Positions 9,242 through 17,577 of a DNA stretch of 25,729 bases are shown in pieces. The notes beneath the pieces were generated by a model, which was given only the letters and a program-made list of their open reading frames with translations, was not told the origin of the DNA and did no database searches. Each line of letters starts with the position of its first letter. Positions within the stretch are counted from its first letter, which is position 1. The position numbers and the translations under genes are program-made. This DNA comes from a virus. Its lineage: Duplodnaviria > Heunggongvirae > Uroviricota > Caudoviricetes. Location of the stretch: positions 1-25,729 of the IMG/VR virus record IMGVR_UViG_2585427783_000006. One strand, 5' to 3'.

Positions 9242-9570
9242 CAGTTCACCACCTGTTCAAACTCTGCGCTGAACTCAACACGCAGCATACTGACCCGCGA
9301 CGACCATTTTGCGCAGGTCACCTTTATCTGCCGCCACTCATAAGGCGGCGTCCACAGAAAGGCTTTCCAGCCCCCGTGCTCAGCCAGAAACGACTCCAGC
9401 GCCGTGGCCTCCTCACGGGAGACAGACAGCGTCACGCTGTACGTTTTCAGGTCAGCGTTCAGCCCGGCAGGCGCTCGCTGAGAATAGCCATCACCAAAGC
9501 GCACCTTTCTTACGGAAGGGGCCGAAGCCACATCCATACCGGGTTTCGCTTTCCAGCGGAAGGTCTTCAT
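9241..9570 (-). CDS. M: Tail protein M, 109 aa
   Basis: MKTFRWKAKPGMDVASAPSVRKVRFGDGYSQRAPAGLNADLKTYSVTL... lambda M-like, in lambda synteny. Confidence 0.85.
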   Translation of the reverse strand: MKTFRWKAKPGMDVASAPSVRKVRFGDGYSQRAPAGLNADLKTYSVTLSVSREEATALESFLAEHGGWKAFLWTPPYEWRQIKVTCAKWSSRVSMLRVEFSAEFEQVVN

Positions 9571-12041
9571 CGTCCACCTCCGGAGAACAGACCACCATCG
9601 CGCATCTGTGCCTGAATTTCATCACGGGCCCCCTTACGGGCCATGTCATACACTGCCTTCATCATCTGTGGACCTGGCAGACCATTCGTACCGTCGTTCT
9701 GAATCACCACGTGATTGTTCTGATTAAAATTAATGCCTTCCGCCCGCCGCATCTGCGCCGGACTTCCGGCACCGCCCACATAACCACCTTCCGCATAGCC
9801 GCGCATCAGCCGGTAGAGATTTCCCACGCCAATCCGGCTGGTTGCCTCCTTCGTGAAGACAAATTCACCACGGTGAACAATCCCCGCTGGCTCATATTTG
9901 CCGCCAGTTCCCGTAAATCCCCCGGTCGCAAAATGGAATTTTGCCGCAGCAGCCTGAATGGCTGTACCGCCTGACACTGATGCGCCACCACCGGCAGCAC
10001 CGCCAATGGCGCTGCCGATACTCCCGACAATTCCCACCATTGCCTGCTTAAGCAGAATTTCTGTCATCATGGACAGCACGGAACGGGTGAAGCTGCGCCA
10101 GTTCTGCTCACTGCCGGTCAGCATCGCCGCCATATTCTGTGCAATACCATCAAAGGTCTGCGTGGCAGCACTTTTAACCTGCGACATACTGTCCGTGGCG
10201 CTCTCTTTCCACTCACTCCAGCCTGACCTGAGGCCTGCCATCCAGCTCCCGCGAAGCTGGTCTTCAGCTGCCCAGGTCTTTTTCTGCTCTGACATGACGT
10301 TATTCAGCGCCAGAGGATTATCGCCATACTGTTCCTTCAGGCGCTGTTCCGTGGCTTCCCTCGCTGCCTGCCGGTCAGTCAGCCCCCGGTTTTTCGCATC
10401 AATGGCGGCCCGTTTTGCCCGTTGCTGCTGTGCGAATTTATCCGCCTGCTGTGCCAGCGCGTTCAGGTGTTCCTGATAGGTGACCTTGTCGCCAAGTGCA
10501 GCCAGCTGGCGTTTGTACTCCAGCGTCTCATCTTTATGCGCCAGCAGGGATTTCTCCTGTGCAGACAGCTGGCGACGTTGCGCCGCCTCCTCCAGTACCG
10601 CGAACTGACTCTCCGCCTTCCACAAATCCCGGCGCTGCTGGCTGATTTTTTCATTCGCTCCACTATGCTGCTCAAGCATTTTTAGTTCAGCTTGTAACGC
10701 AAGAAGAGCTGCATGTGCTCGATCTTCCTGACGCTCTCCCGCAGCGGACTGCTTCGGCTTTTTCAGCGTCGCTTCATAGTCCTTTTTCGCCGCCGCCATC
10801 AGCGTGTTGTAATCTGCCTGCAGGATTTTCCCGTCTTTCAGTGCCTTGTTCAGTTCTTCCTGACGAGCGGTATATTTCTCCAGCGGCGTCTGCAGGCGTT
10901 CGTAAGCCTTCTGCGCCTCTTCGGTATATTTCAGCCGTGATGCCTCAGACTCGGCCCAGTCCTTTGCTGCCATCTCTCTGGCCTTTTCAAGATCGGCCTG
11001 CAACGTGGCGGCTGAAAGCCCAAGTTGCGCATTCGCTCTGTCCTCCCATGCTCCCCGGAGATTGGCAAGAAATGCTGAGGTTTTACCGCGCCGGTGGCTC
11101 CGGCTCTGATACCACTGCCATTTTTTGTCCGCCTCATCAAAAGCCTTTTCTGCTTTCTCCAGCATTCCCTGGGCAGTGTCCGGGCGACCAATATCCAGCA
11201 CCGCATCCCACATGGATTTGAATGCCCGTGCTGTCCTGTCTGCCCAGGTCTCCAGCGTGCCCATGTTCTCTTTCAGGCGGAGGGTCTGGTCATCAAACCC
11301 TTTCGTTGCGGCCTCGTTCGCCGCCTGCAATGCCCCGGCTTCATCTCCGGAACGCTGCAACTGAGCAACATACGCAATCTGCTCCGCCGTCACGTTATGG
11401 AACTGACGTGCCATCGCTGTCAGTCCCGACGTCGGGTCTGTGGTCAGCTTCCCGAAGGCTTCAGCGACCTTGTCCACCTCCACGCCGGATGCAGAGGAGA
11501 AACGCGCCACACTCTGGCTGATCGCCTCAAACTGCTCACCACCACGCACACCGGCATTCACCAGCGCCGTCAGTGACTCGCTGGTCTGGTTAAACGTCAG
11601 CCCTGCCGCCTGCCCGGCTCTGGACAGGACCAGCATACGATCTGCCGTCAGTCCCGCCTGATTGCCGGAAAGGACCAGCGTTTTGTTGAAATCGGACAGG
11701 GTTGAGTTGCCCTGATACCAGGCATACGCCAGCGCACCGGTCGCCACCGCCAGCGAGGTGGCCCCCACCATCGGCAGGGTGATCGCACCGGCAAGCCCCC
11801 TGAACATGGGGATCATCCCGCCGAAGGAGTCCTTCACCTGACCACCCTGTTGCAGCAGGATCAGCCACGGACTTTGCCCGCCTGCAAGCTGCGTGGCCAC
11901 GTCAGTGAACTGTGCAGGCAGCATACGCATGGCGGCTTTATACTGTCCGACGGAAATGGCCATTGCGGCGGCACCGGGCACCGCCGTTCTGCTGATACGG
12001 CTGAGGTTTTCAACGGCCTGCTCAAGACCTTTTATGGCCAT
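9567..12041 (-). CDS. H: Tape measure protein H carrying the N-terminal ~29 codons of tail gene Z (in-frame Z'-'H deletion fusion), 824 aa
   Basis: The N-terminus MAIKGLEQAVENLSRISRTAVPGAAAMAI matches the remembered lambda Z start; from SVGQYKAAMRMLPAQFTDVATQLAGG onward it matches lambda H. The gene begins 12 nt after the FII stop, where Z should sit. Confidence 0.75.
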   Translation of the reverse strand: MAIKGLEQAVENLSRISRTAVPGAAAMAISVGQYKAAMRMLPAQFTDVATQLAGGQSPWLILLQQGGQVKDSFGGMIPMFRGLAGAITLPMVGATSLAVATGALAYAWYQGNSTLSDFNKTLVLSGNQAGLTADRMLVLSRAGQAAGLTFNQTSESLTALVNAGVRGGEQFEAISQSVARFSSASGVEVDKVAEAFGKLTTDPTSGLTAMARQFHNVTAEQIAYVAQLQRSGDEAGALQAANEAATKGFDDQTLRLKENMGTLETWADRTARAFKSMWDAVLDIGRPDTAQGMLEKAEKAFDEADKKWQWYQSRSHRRGKTSAFLANLRGAWEDRANAQLGLSAATLQADLEKAREMAAKDWAESEASRLKYTEEAQKAYERLQTPLEKYTARQEELNKALKDGKILQADYNTLMAAAKKDYEATLKKPKQSAAGERQEDRAHAALLALQAELKMLEQHSGANEKISQQRRDLWKAESQFAVLEEAAQRRQLSAQEKSLLAHKDETLEYKRQLAALGDKVTYQEHLNALAQQADKFAQQQRAKRAAIDAKNRGLTDRQAAREATEQRLKEQYGDNPLALNNVMSEQKKTWAAEDQLRGSWMAGLRSGWSEWKESATDSMSQVKSAATQTFDGIAQNMAAMLTGSEQNWRSFTRSVLSMMTEILLKQAMVGIVGSIGSAIGGAAGGGASVSGGTAIQAAAAKFHFATGGFTGTGGKYEPAGIVHRGEFVFTKEATSRIGVGNLYRLMRGYAEGGYVGGAGSPAQMRRAEGINFNQNNHVVIQNDGTNGLPGPQMMKAVYDMARKGARDEIQAQMRDGGLFSGGGR

Positions 12042-12052
12042 ACATCCCCCTT

Positions 12053-12406
12053 TCAGCGGCGACGGTTAACGGCAGGCGGTACGCCCCGCCCAAGCCAGAG
12101 ATGACAGCTTCCGCCATCATCCGGCGAAATCCGGTCTATCCAGAAGTTTTCCTCACCGATGGTCAGCGTGTCGCCGCGCCGCAGCTGCCGCACATCATCA
12201 GTCCGGACAAACAGGGACGGGCTGGAGCCTTCAACGCGCACGCCCTGTCCGGCATAGCTGATATTTTCAGGGTCATCAAAAACACCACGTATCACAGCAC
12301 CGGACTGCTCACCGGATGTCATGGTGGCTGACGTTCCCATGTACCCGCGTATCGTTTCATCGGCGCAGGCAATGGCAGCATCGAACAGGTTATCGAAATC
12401 AGCCAC
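12053..12406 (-). CDS. FII: Head-tail joining protein FII, 117 aa
   Basis: MADFDNLFDAAIACADETIRGYMGTSATMTSGEQSGAVIRGVFDDPENISYAGQGVRVEG... lambda FII-like. Confidence 0.8.
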   Translation of the reverse strand: MADFDNLFDAAIACADETIRGYMGTSATMTSGEQSGAVIRGVFDDPENISYAGQGVRVEGSSPSLFVRTDDVRQLRRGDTLTIGEENFWIDRISPDDGGSCHLWLGRGVPPAVNRRR

Positions 12407-12417
12407 AGCGCCTCCCG

Positions 12418-12813
12418 TTATTGCATTCTGGCCAGGCCACGTTCTGTCATTTCGGCTGCCACACCGGCAGAGACACGAAACGCCGTTCCCGGCAGCACAA
12501 ATGCCACAGGTTCATCCCGCGTGGCGTGAAGTGCATCGGTATGCAGCGTCACCAGTGCCACAACCGTGACCAGAGCAGCCGTATCAGTCACGGTATCCGT
12601 CTGTGCTGATACCACCTCATTTTCATGTCCGGTCAGCGAATTTTCCGGGCTGACAGACGTGTCCTGACCGGCTGCGTCATCCGTGTCATCAAGCTCCTCT
12701 TCCAGCTCTGCCACACGGAGCGCCAGTTCTTCTTTCGTCCCCGTCAGGCTGACATCACGGTTCAGTTGCTCACCCAGCGACCGGAGACGGGCAATCAGTT
12801 CATCTTTCGTCAT
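12418..12813 (-). CDS. FI: DNA packaging protein FI, 131 aa
   Basis: MTKDELIARLRSLGEQLNRDVSLTGTKEELALRVAELEEELDD... lambda FI-like. Start at the ATG at 12813, preceded by a GGAGGAG Shine-Dalgarno sequence. Confidence 0.8.
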   Translation of the reverse strand: MTKDELIARLRSLGEQLNRDVSLTGTKEELALRVAELEEELDDTDDAAGQDTSVSPENSLTGHENEVVSAQTDTVTDTAALVTVVALVTLHTDALHATRDEPVAFVLPGTAFRVSAGVAAEMTERGLARMQ

Positions 12814-12854
12814 GGACTCCTCCACAGAGAGACAATGGCCCCGAAGGGCCATGA

Positions 12855-13880
12855 TTACGCCAGTTGAACGGACACGAACTCATCAGGATCAGCCAGCAGC
12901 ATCAGCGGTGCTGACTGAATCATGGTGAACTCTCGCGCCGGATCGCCGGATGTCTTCCAGTTTTTCGGATAACGGGGAGACGCATTAATACCCTCACTCA
13001 ATGCATCCGCATCCTGAATACAGCCATAGGTGCGCAGACCGCGTGCATGAGTGTTCCCCAGCACCATCGTGTTGTCCGGCAGGAAGTTCTTTTTGACGCC
13101 GTTTTCCACGTACTGTCCGGAATACACGACGATGGCCACATCGCCATACATTCCCTTATAAGACACCGCTTTGCCCAGGTCTTTTACCGCTGTCTCCAGT
13201 TCGGAATGAGAGCCGCGACGGGTATCCAGCTTCTCCCTGACGGCTTTGAAGGAACGGAACAGCGCCCAGCCTTTCGGGTCAAACACGATGATATTCACCA
13301 CGCCGCTGGCGTTCAGCGCGTAGGCTTCGATATCGTCGGTCGGGTCATACGTGGACTTGTCACGCTTGCTCCACTCCGTGCCGCCGGACTGCGTGATGTT
13401 GTTCGCCGCACTGCGGCCCATATCCACCTCGACCGGATCGAAGGCTTCACCGGTCATGGTGTATTTGCCCTTGAGCACGGCAGAAACGGCCTGCATCTCT
13501 TCGACCTGAGCAATGGCCTGCTCTTCGTCACGCATGTTCTGCATGATGATGCGACGGCGGCGGTAAGCCGGGTCCGCCAGATTCTGTGGATCTTCATCCG
13601 GCAGGCGACGCAGGGTCATCTGCGGATTCACCTCATGCTTCGGCTTGACATATCCCGGCGTAAATTCGGAGGTGGAGCCGCCACGGGAGCGGATAACCTC
13701 ACCGGAAACAATCGGCGAAACGTACAGCGCCATATTTACCAATCCCGGAATTTGTGAGAGATAGACTTTCTCCGTGGTGAAGGGATAGCTTTCACGGAAA
13801 AAGAGACGCAGAAACAGCGGATCAAACTTAAATTTCTGCTCATTTGCCGCCAGCAGCTGGGCGGTTGTGTACATCGACAT
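12855..13880 (-). CDS. E: Major capsid protein E, 341 aa
   Basis: MSMYTTAQLLAANEQKFKFDPLFLRLFFRESYPFTTEKVYLSQIPGLVNMALYVSPIVSGEVIRSRGGSTSEFTPGYVKPKHEV... near-identical to remembered lambda E. Start at the ATG at 13880. Confidence 0.9.
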   Translation of the reverse strand: MSMYTTAQLLAANEQKFKFDPLFLRLFFRESYPFTTEKVYLSQIPGLVNMALYVSPIVSGEVIRSRGGSTSEFTPGYVKPKHEVNPQMTLRRLPDEDPQNLADPAYRRRRIIMQNMRDEEQAIAQVEEMQAVSAVLKGKYTMTGEAFDPVEVDMGRSAANNITQSGGTEWSKRDKSTYDPTDDIEAYALNASGVVNIIVFDPKGWALFRSFKAVREKLDTRRGSHSELETAVKDLGKAVSYKGMYGDVAIVVYSGQYVENGVKKNFLPDNTMVLGNTHARGLRTYGCIQDADALSEGINASPRYPKNWKTSGDPAREFTMIQSAPLMLLADPDEFVSVQLA

Positions 13881-14248
13881 AAAAAAATCCCGTAAAAAAA
13901 GCCGCACACCAGCGATGCAATATCCTGCTGGTGGATGAACGACAGAATCTTCACCGACACCACCGATACCAGCACCGCACACAGCGCATCTGCCGATGTA
14001 CCGTCATACCCTGTTTTTGATGCAATCCAGGCTGACAGCACACGCGCTCCCAGCACGCCGACAATAAACGACACCAGAAAATGCGCCACCACGCGCCAGA
14101 CTGAAAGTGACTGCGGCATCGTTGCCACAAATAACGCCCCGGCGAACGCGCCAAACACAATCCCGAAATCCATCCCGGTAAACAGCCCGAATACCGTCGC
14201 GCCACCCAGCGCCGCAGCCGTGCCGGAACCGGATAAGGGTTCAGACAT
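13736..14248 (-). CDS. Predicted 3-TM membrane protein (holin-like?); its 3' end reads into the E start region and is probably disrupted
   Basis: MSEPLSGSGTAAALGGATVFGLFTGMDFGIVFGAFAGALFVA... has three hydrophobic helices in the first ~125 aa. The last ~45 codons are low-complexity (CRCTQPPSCWRQ...) and overlap the E start by about 145 nt. Confidence 0.45.
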   Translation of the reverse strand: MSEPLSGSGTAAALGGATVFGLFTGMDFGIVFGAFAGALFVATMPQSLSVWRVVAHFLVSFIVGVLGARVLSAWIASKTGYDGTSADALCAVLVSVVSVKILSFIHQQDIASLVCGFFYGIFLCRCTQPPSCWRQMSRNLSLIRCFCVSFSVKAIPSPRRKSISHKFRDW

Positions 14249-14340
14249 ACTTCCTCCTGAAAATAAAAAAAGGGCCACCAGCGACCCGTAAAAAAACACC
14301 CCGTCAAAGGCACCCGCAGATGCCTTTTGTGTGATGTTAT

Positions 14341-14493
14341 TCAGATTTTCGCAGTAAAGGCCGGAGCACGATCAGCGCCATCGCCACCAGCACACCATCT
14401 GCCAGCACTGACATCAGTCGTCCGGTGAAATCCACCATCACTACCAGAAACAACAGGATGACAGCCAGCACAAGGCGCGCACTTTTCACAGGT
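14341..14493 (-). CDS. Possible small hydrophobic protein (~50 aa, GTG start overlapping the upstream stop)
   Basis: My translation gives VKSARLVLAVILLFLVVMVDFTGRLMSVLADGVLVAMALIVLRPLLRKSE; the GTG overlaps the TGA of the 74-aa ORF (cTGTGa). The ORF track lists a different frame of this region. Confidence 0.3.
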   Translation of the reverse strand, partial: TCEKCAPCAGCHPVVSGSDGGFHRTTDVSAGRWCAGGDGADRAPAFTAKI

Positions 14494-14710
14494 ACTGCTC
14501 CAGCGGCAACTGCAGCGCCTGCGCAATTTTCTTCAGTTGCGCTTCTTCTTCCTGACCGATACCGTCCTGGTCAGCGATATCCAGACACAGACACAGCACA
14601 TTCACAGTATCATCAGTATCTGCAACATCAGTCAGCTGACGAAGGGCTTCAGCATTAGCAGAACGCGGTGGCGCTTCATAACGGGCGCGGATATGAAAAA
14701 GGCCCGCCAA
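14486..14710 (-). CDS. Hypothetical acidic protein, 74 aa
   Basis: ORF starts 23 nt downstream of a tRNA 3' end; no recognised family. Confidence 0.3.
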   Translation of the reverse strand: MAGLFHIRARYEAPPRSANAEALRQLTDVADTDDTVNVLCLCLDIADQDGIGQEEEAQLKKIAQALQLPLEQYL

Positions 14711-14732
14711 AGCGAGCCTGGAAAAATAAGCG

Positions 14733-14809
14733 TGGCGCGTTGTACTGGATTCGAACCAGTGACCGATTGCTTAGAAGGCAATTGCTCTGTCCGGCTGAGC
14801 TAACAACGC
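14733..14809 (-). tRNA. argN: tRNA-Arg (anticodon UCU; argN/argU-like)
   Basis: Folded by hand: 7-bp acceptor stem GCGTTGT/ACAACGC, D-arm GCTC/GAGC, anticodon loop CTTCTAA, T-loop GGTTCGAATCC, 3' GCCA. Confidence 0.85.
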
Positions 14810-14822
14810 ATAATGCAGATAA

Positions 14823-14899
14823 TGGATTGCCATCGGGGACCCGAGCCCCACACAGCCAGTTTCGAAAGCTGGCACTCTCTGTCGATGAGCTAATGGCGG
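14823..14899 (-). tRNA. Degenerate tRNA-like element, possibly argO-like tRNA-Arg (UCG)
   Basis: Sits in the 97-bp gap between two good tRNAs. It has an anticodon-type stem-loop (CCAGC-TTTCGAA-ACTGG) and a GC-rich T-like stem, but two mismatches at the acceptor end and a non-canonical T-loop (CTCGGGT). Confidence 0.3.
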
Positions 14900-14906
14900 T
14901 ATGTGA

Positions 14907-14982
14907 TGGTGGCCCTTGCTGGATTTGAACCAGCGACCTGGCGATTATGAGTCGCTCGCTCTCACCACTGAGCTAAAGGGCC
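14907..14982 (-). tRNA. ileZ: tRNA with CAU anticodon, ileX/ileZ-like (tRNA-Ile2 reading AUA; could alternatively be tRNA-Met)
   Basis: Sequence closely resembles remembered E. coli ileX. Acceptor stem GGCCCTT/AAGGGCC, anticodon loop CTCATAA, T-loop GGTTCAAATCC, CCA encoded. Confidence 0.8.
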
Positions 14983-15031
14983 GGGAGCAGAATAATAATG
15001 GTGCGTAATTAATTCTGCAATCTCATCCGTT

Positions 15032-16081
15032 TCAAACGATTAAATCCTGAACTTCCCTGACTGTCTGTTCAAAACGTCCTGTCTCCAGCTCAACACCAAT
15101 CGCACAACGCCCCAGTGCCATCGCCGCTTTTACCGTTGAACCTGAACCCATAAAAAAATCTGCAACCAGGTCTCCCGGACGACTGCTCGCGTTGATTATC
15201 TGCTGCAGCATTTCTGCCGGTTTTTCGCACGGATGTTTTCCTGGATAGTACTGCACCGGTTTATGCGTCCAGACATCGGTGTACGGAACCTGCGCCGTCA
15301 CACCGAAATACCGCCGCAAATTTTTATATTCACTCAGCAGTTCCGTGTACTGCCGGTTCAGCTCACTGTATGTGCTGACCAGCTGGTGGTGTGGCTTTTC
15401 CAGTTCCCCGCGCTGATGTTTTTCTGCCGCAACACGCGCAAACAACGCCTGCAATTTGTTGTAATCACCCTCGTTCGGTAACTGCCACTGACTGGTACCA
15501 AACCAGTGCGAAGCCATGTTTTTCTTTCCGGTGGCTTCCGCTATCTGTTTTGACGTTATTCCCAGTGATTTACGCGCATCACGAAAGTAAGAAATCAGCG
15601 GGGCCATGACGTGCTGTTTTAGCTCGCGCCCCTGTGCCACATAGCCATCATCTTTCGGGCGATACGGTCCCTGATAATGTTCTGCAAACAGAATGCGCTC
15701 TGTTGCCGGAAAATACGCCCGCAGACTTTCCTTATTGCACCCGTTCCAGCGTCCGGACGGCTTCGCCCAGATAATGTGGTTCAGCACATTAAAGCGCTCA
15801 CGCATCATGATTTCGGTGTCAGATGCCAGGCGATGACCACAGAACAGGTAAAGACTTCCGGTAGGCTTCAGTACCCGCCAGAACTGCGCCAGACACTGGT
15901 CCAGCCATTTCAGGTAATCATCGTCGCCCTCCCACTGGTTATCCCAGCCCTCGGGCTTCACTTTAAAGTATGGCGGGTCTGTGACTATCAGATCGACAGA
16001 ATTTTCCGGTAAGGTCTGGATAAACTCCAGGCAATCAGCGTTGATTAACTCACAACTGGATATTTTTACAGTATTAATCAT
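15032..16081 (-). CDS. Orphan DNA methyltransferase (N6-adenine or N4-cytosine, beta-class), 349 aa
   Basis: DPPY motif IV near the N-terminus (LIVTDPPYF) and motif I (FFMGSGST) near the C-terminus. No adjacent restriction endonuclease gene. Confidence 0.8.
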   Translation of the reverse strand: MINTVKISSCELINADCLEFIQTLPENSVDLIVTDPPYFKVKPEGWDNQWEGDDDYLKWLDQCLAQFWRVLKPTGSLYLFCGHRLASDTEIMMRERFNVLNHIIWAKPSGRWNGCNKESLRAYFPATERILFAEHYQGPYRPKDDGYVAQGRELKQHVMAPLISYFRDARKSLGITSKQIAEATGKKNMASHWFGTSQWQLPNEGDYNKLQALFARVAAEKHQRGELEKPHHQLVSTYSELNRQYTELLSEYKNLRRYFGVTAQVPYTDVWTHKPVQYYPGKHPCEKPAEMLQQIINASSRPGDLVADFFMGSGSTVKAAMALGRCAIGVELETGRFEQTVREVQDLIV

Positions 16082-16231
16082 AGATCAATAAGCACTTCTC
16101 TGATAGGCTCATACCGCTTTTGCGCAAAGCAGATGGGCCTGAGGTTTGCTTGTGACCCCAACGCATGAGCAGATGGCTGGCAGGTGCCGCTAACACCCCC
16201 CAGCCGCCCATTACCACAAATTAAAAAGCCT

Positions 16232-16411
16232 TCACTGCGGAAGGCGTCTGTAACAACCGAACTGATAATCTGCCAGACCCGCCATAACAAGCTGAGTCAG
16301 TATTAACTGGCAGCGTTCGCGTGAAAGGTAAGTATTCTGCGCAATTTCCCCGACGGTCGCCGGTTCGGTGATGCTTAATTCATTAAACACCACTCTGGCG
16401 GTTTCGGTCAT
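16232..16411 (-). CDS. Hypothetical small protein, first gene after tR'; start uncertain (ORF extends to 16552)
   Basis: A CAGGA Shine-Dalgarno sequence precedes the ATG at 16411 (MTETARVVFNELSITEPATVGEIAQNTYLSRERCQLILTQL...). Confidence 0.35.
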   Translation of the reverse strand: MTETARVVFNELSITEPATVGEIAQNTYLSRERCQLILTQLVMAGLADYQFGCYRRLPQ

Positions 16412-16550
16412 ATCCTGCTGTTTTAGCATGCCTTTTTCCCTTTCCCAGTTAACGTGACATACCAATACCTCTTGTCGAAAAAGCCAGCAAGCTGAAAGAC
16501 CGGCATTCGCAACCACCAGCGCATTTAACGTCCTGTACCGCTTTTCGGGC

Positions 16551-16578
16551 ACAAAAAAACCCGCATAAAGCGGGTTCT
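16551..16578 (-). terminator. Rho-independent terminator, candidate tR' (target of Q antitermination)
   Basis: On the minus strand: AACCCGC-TTTAT-GCGGGTT hairpin followed by TTTTTTT, about 85-110 nt downstream of the Q stop. Confidence 0.7.
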
Positions 16579-16660
16579 TTCAGGTGTCCATGTCTGCTAT
16601 TCGCCTCGCGGTATAGCTTTGCGAAGCGTAGCTGGATTGAAACAGTTTATGCGTAAAAAA

Positions 16661-17215
16661 TCAAGACATTTTTTGAGCAAACGATTCTCGCATAGGGATG
16701 TATAGCGCATATTCAGCAACAGCTAACCAATTAGCAATTCGCTTTTCGCATGTACTAAAACACCATTCCGGGTGCACCTCATTCAACAATTCAGCCATTT
16801 TGCGTTTACTCATCCCCCGCCCTTCGTACCTTTGCCGCAGGATATCAATCAATCCAGGATAACGTGCAAGCGCTTTACTTATCACCCCATCAATGCGTAA
16901 CGCCTCTGCATCAGTACAGTGAGACAACCAGCTCTTCTGTCTGCCAGCGATCATCTCTCGCAAGAATGCTTCCAGCTCTGGTTTATCAATCCCTGACTCC
17001 CTGATTCTACGCAGGGCTTCATTGATTGCGGTTTTTGTCAGTTTTTTGGATGCCAGCAACTGATTGAACATATTTCCTGGTTTGCCACCACCTATATACG
17101 ACCAACGCCCCCACATCCGTAATTTCCCCTGGATCCAGACGGCTTCCAGCGTTTTTAGACGTAAATGCTCGCCGCTTTTGCCTGTAATTTCCGGGTATAT
17201 CATATTTACGATCAC
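16661..17215 (-). CDS. Q: Antitermination protein Q (late gene regulator), 184 aa
   Basis: Immediately downstream of rusA with start/stop overlap, as in other lambdoid prophages; followed by a promoter-like region and terminator. Family assignment from synteny and weak motif resemblance (KLRMWGRW). Confidence 0.6.
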   Translation of the reverse strand: MIVNMIYPEITGKSGEHLRLKTLEAVWIQGKLRMWGRWSYIGGGKPGNMFNQLLASKKLTKTAINEALRRIRESGIDKPELEAFLREMIAGRQKSWLSHCTDAEALRIDGVISKALARYPGLIDILRQRYEGRGMSKRKMAELLNEVHPEWCFSTCEKRIANWLAVAEYALYIPMRESFAQKMS

Positions 17216-17577
17216 TCACTCTCAATTTTGTAAATCTTCACGCCCAGCCGCCCCCCAGGAACGCGCTGACCGCGCACAATATTGATTTCATCAAACTGCT
17301 CGTCGTCTATGAGAAGTCCGGCATGCGTCAGCGCATCCAGTGGTGCTTTCAGGATATTGTCCAGGTCACGACGACGTTTATCCGGTGGCTCTGCAATAAT
17401 CTTTATCGCCAGCCTTCCGGACAGGTTTAATTTCAGCCGCTGCTGGCGAACAATAAGCGCCACATCACGGCGATAACGCTCACCGGCTTTTGATACAAAA
17501 TATGTGCTGCCACGACGTCGCCAGTAAGTGTTCACCGTTGGCGGGTAAGGCAAAACAAATTCTATGCGTTCAGTCAT
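17212..17577 (-). CDS. rusA: Holliday junction resolvase RusA, 121 aa
   Basis: Size and motifs (PPDKRRRDLDNILKAPLDALTHAGLLIDDEQ) match the RusA family. Confidence 0.8.
   Translation of the reverse strand: MTERIEFVLPYPPTVNTYWRRRGSTYFVSKAGERYRRDVALIVRQQRLKLNLSGRLAIKIIAEPPDKRRRDLDNILKAPLDALTHAGLLIDDEQFDEINIVRGQRVPGGRLGVKIYKIESE

Noticed and set aside
8537-9343. 268-aa plus-strand ORF antisense to L and M, and other antisense ORFs through K, H and E (for example 7848-8213, 9309-9974, 9958-10476, 10715-11221, 13047-13757)
   Set aside because: They lie opposite conserved lambda structural genes, have no start context and have biased composition typical of antisense frames in GC-rich genes.
12053-12406. 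First read as tail gene T (frameshift product of G-T)
   Set aside because: The sequence MADFDNLFDAAIA...LWLGRGVPPAVNRRR fits FII by size (117 aa) and by position directly after FI; G, T and V are absent from the window.
16078-16290. 70-aa minus-strand ORF between the methyltransferase start and the small late gene
   Set aside because: No ribosome-binding site, Gly/Cys-rich low-complexity translation, and overlap with the methyltransferase start region; probably non-coding.
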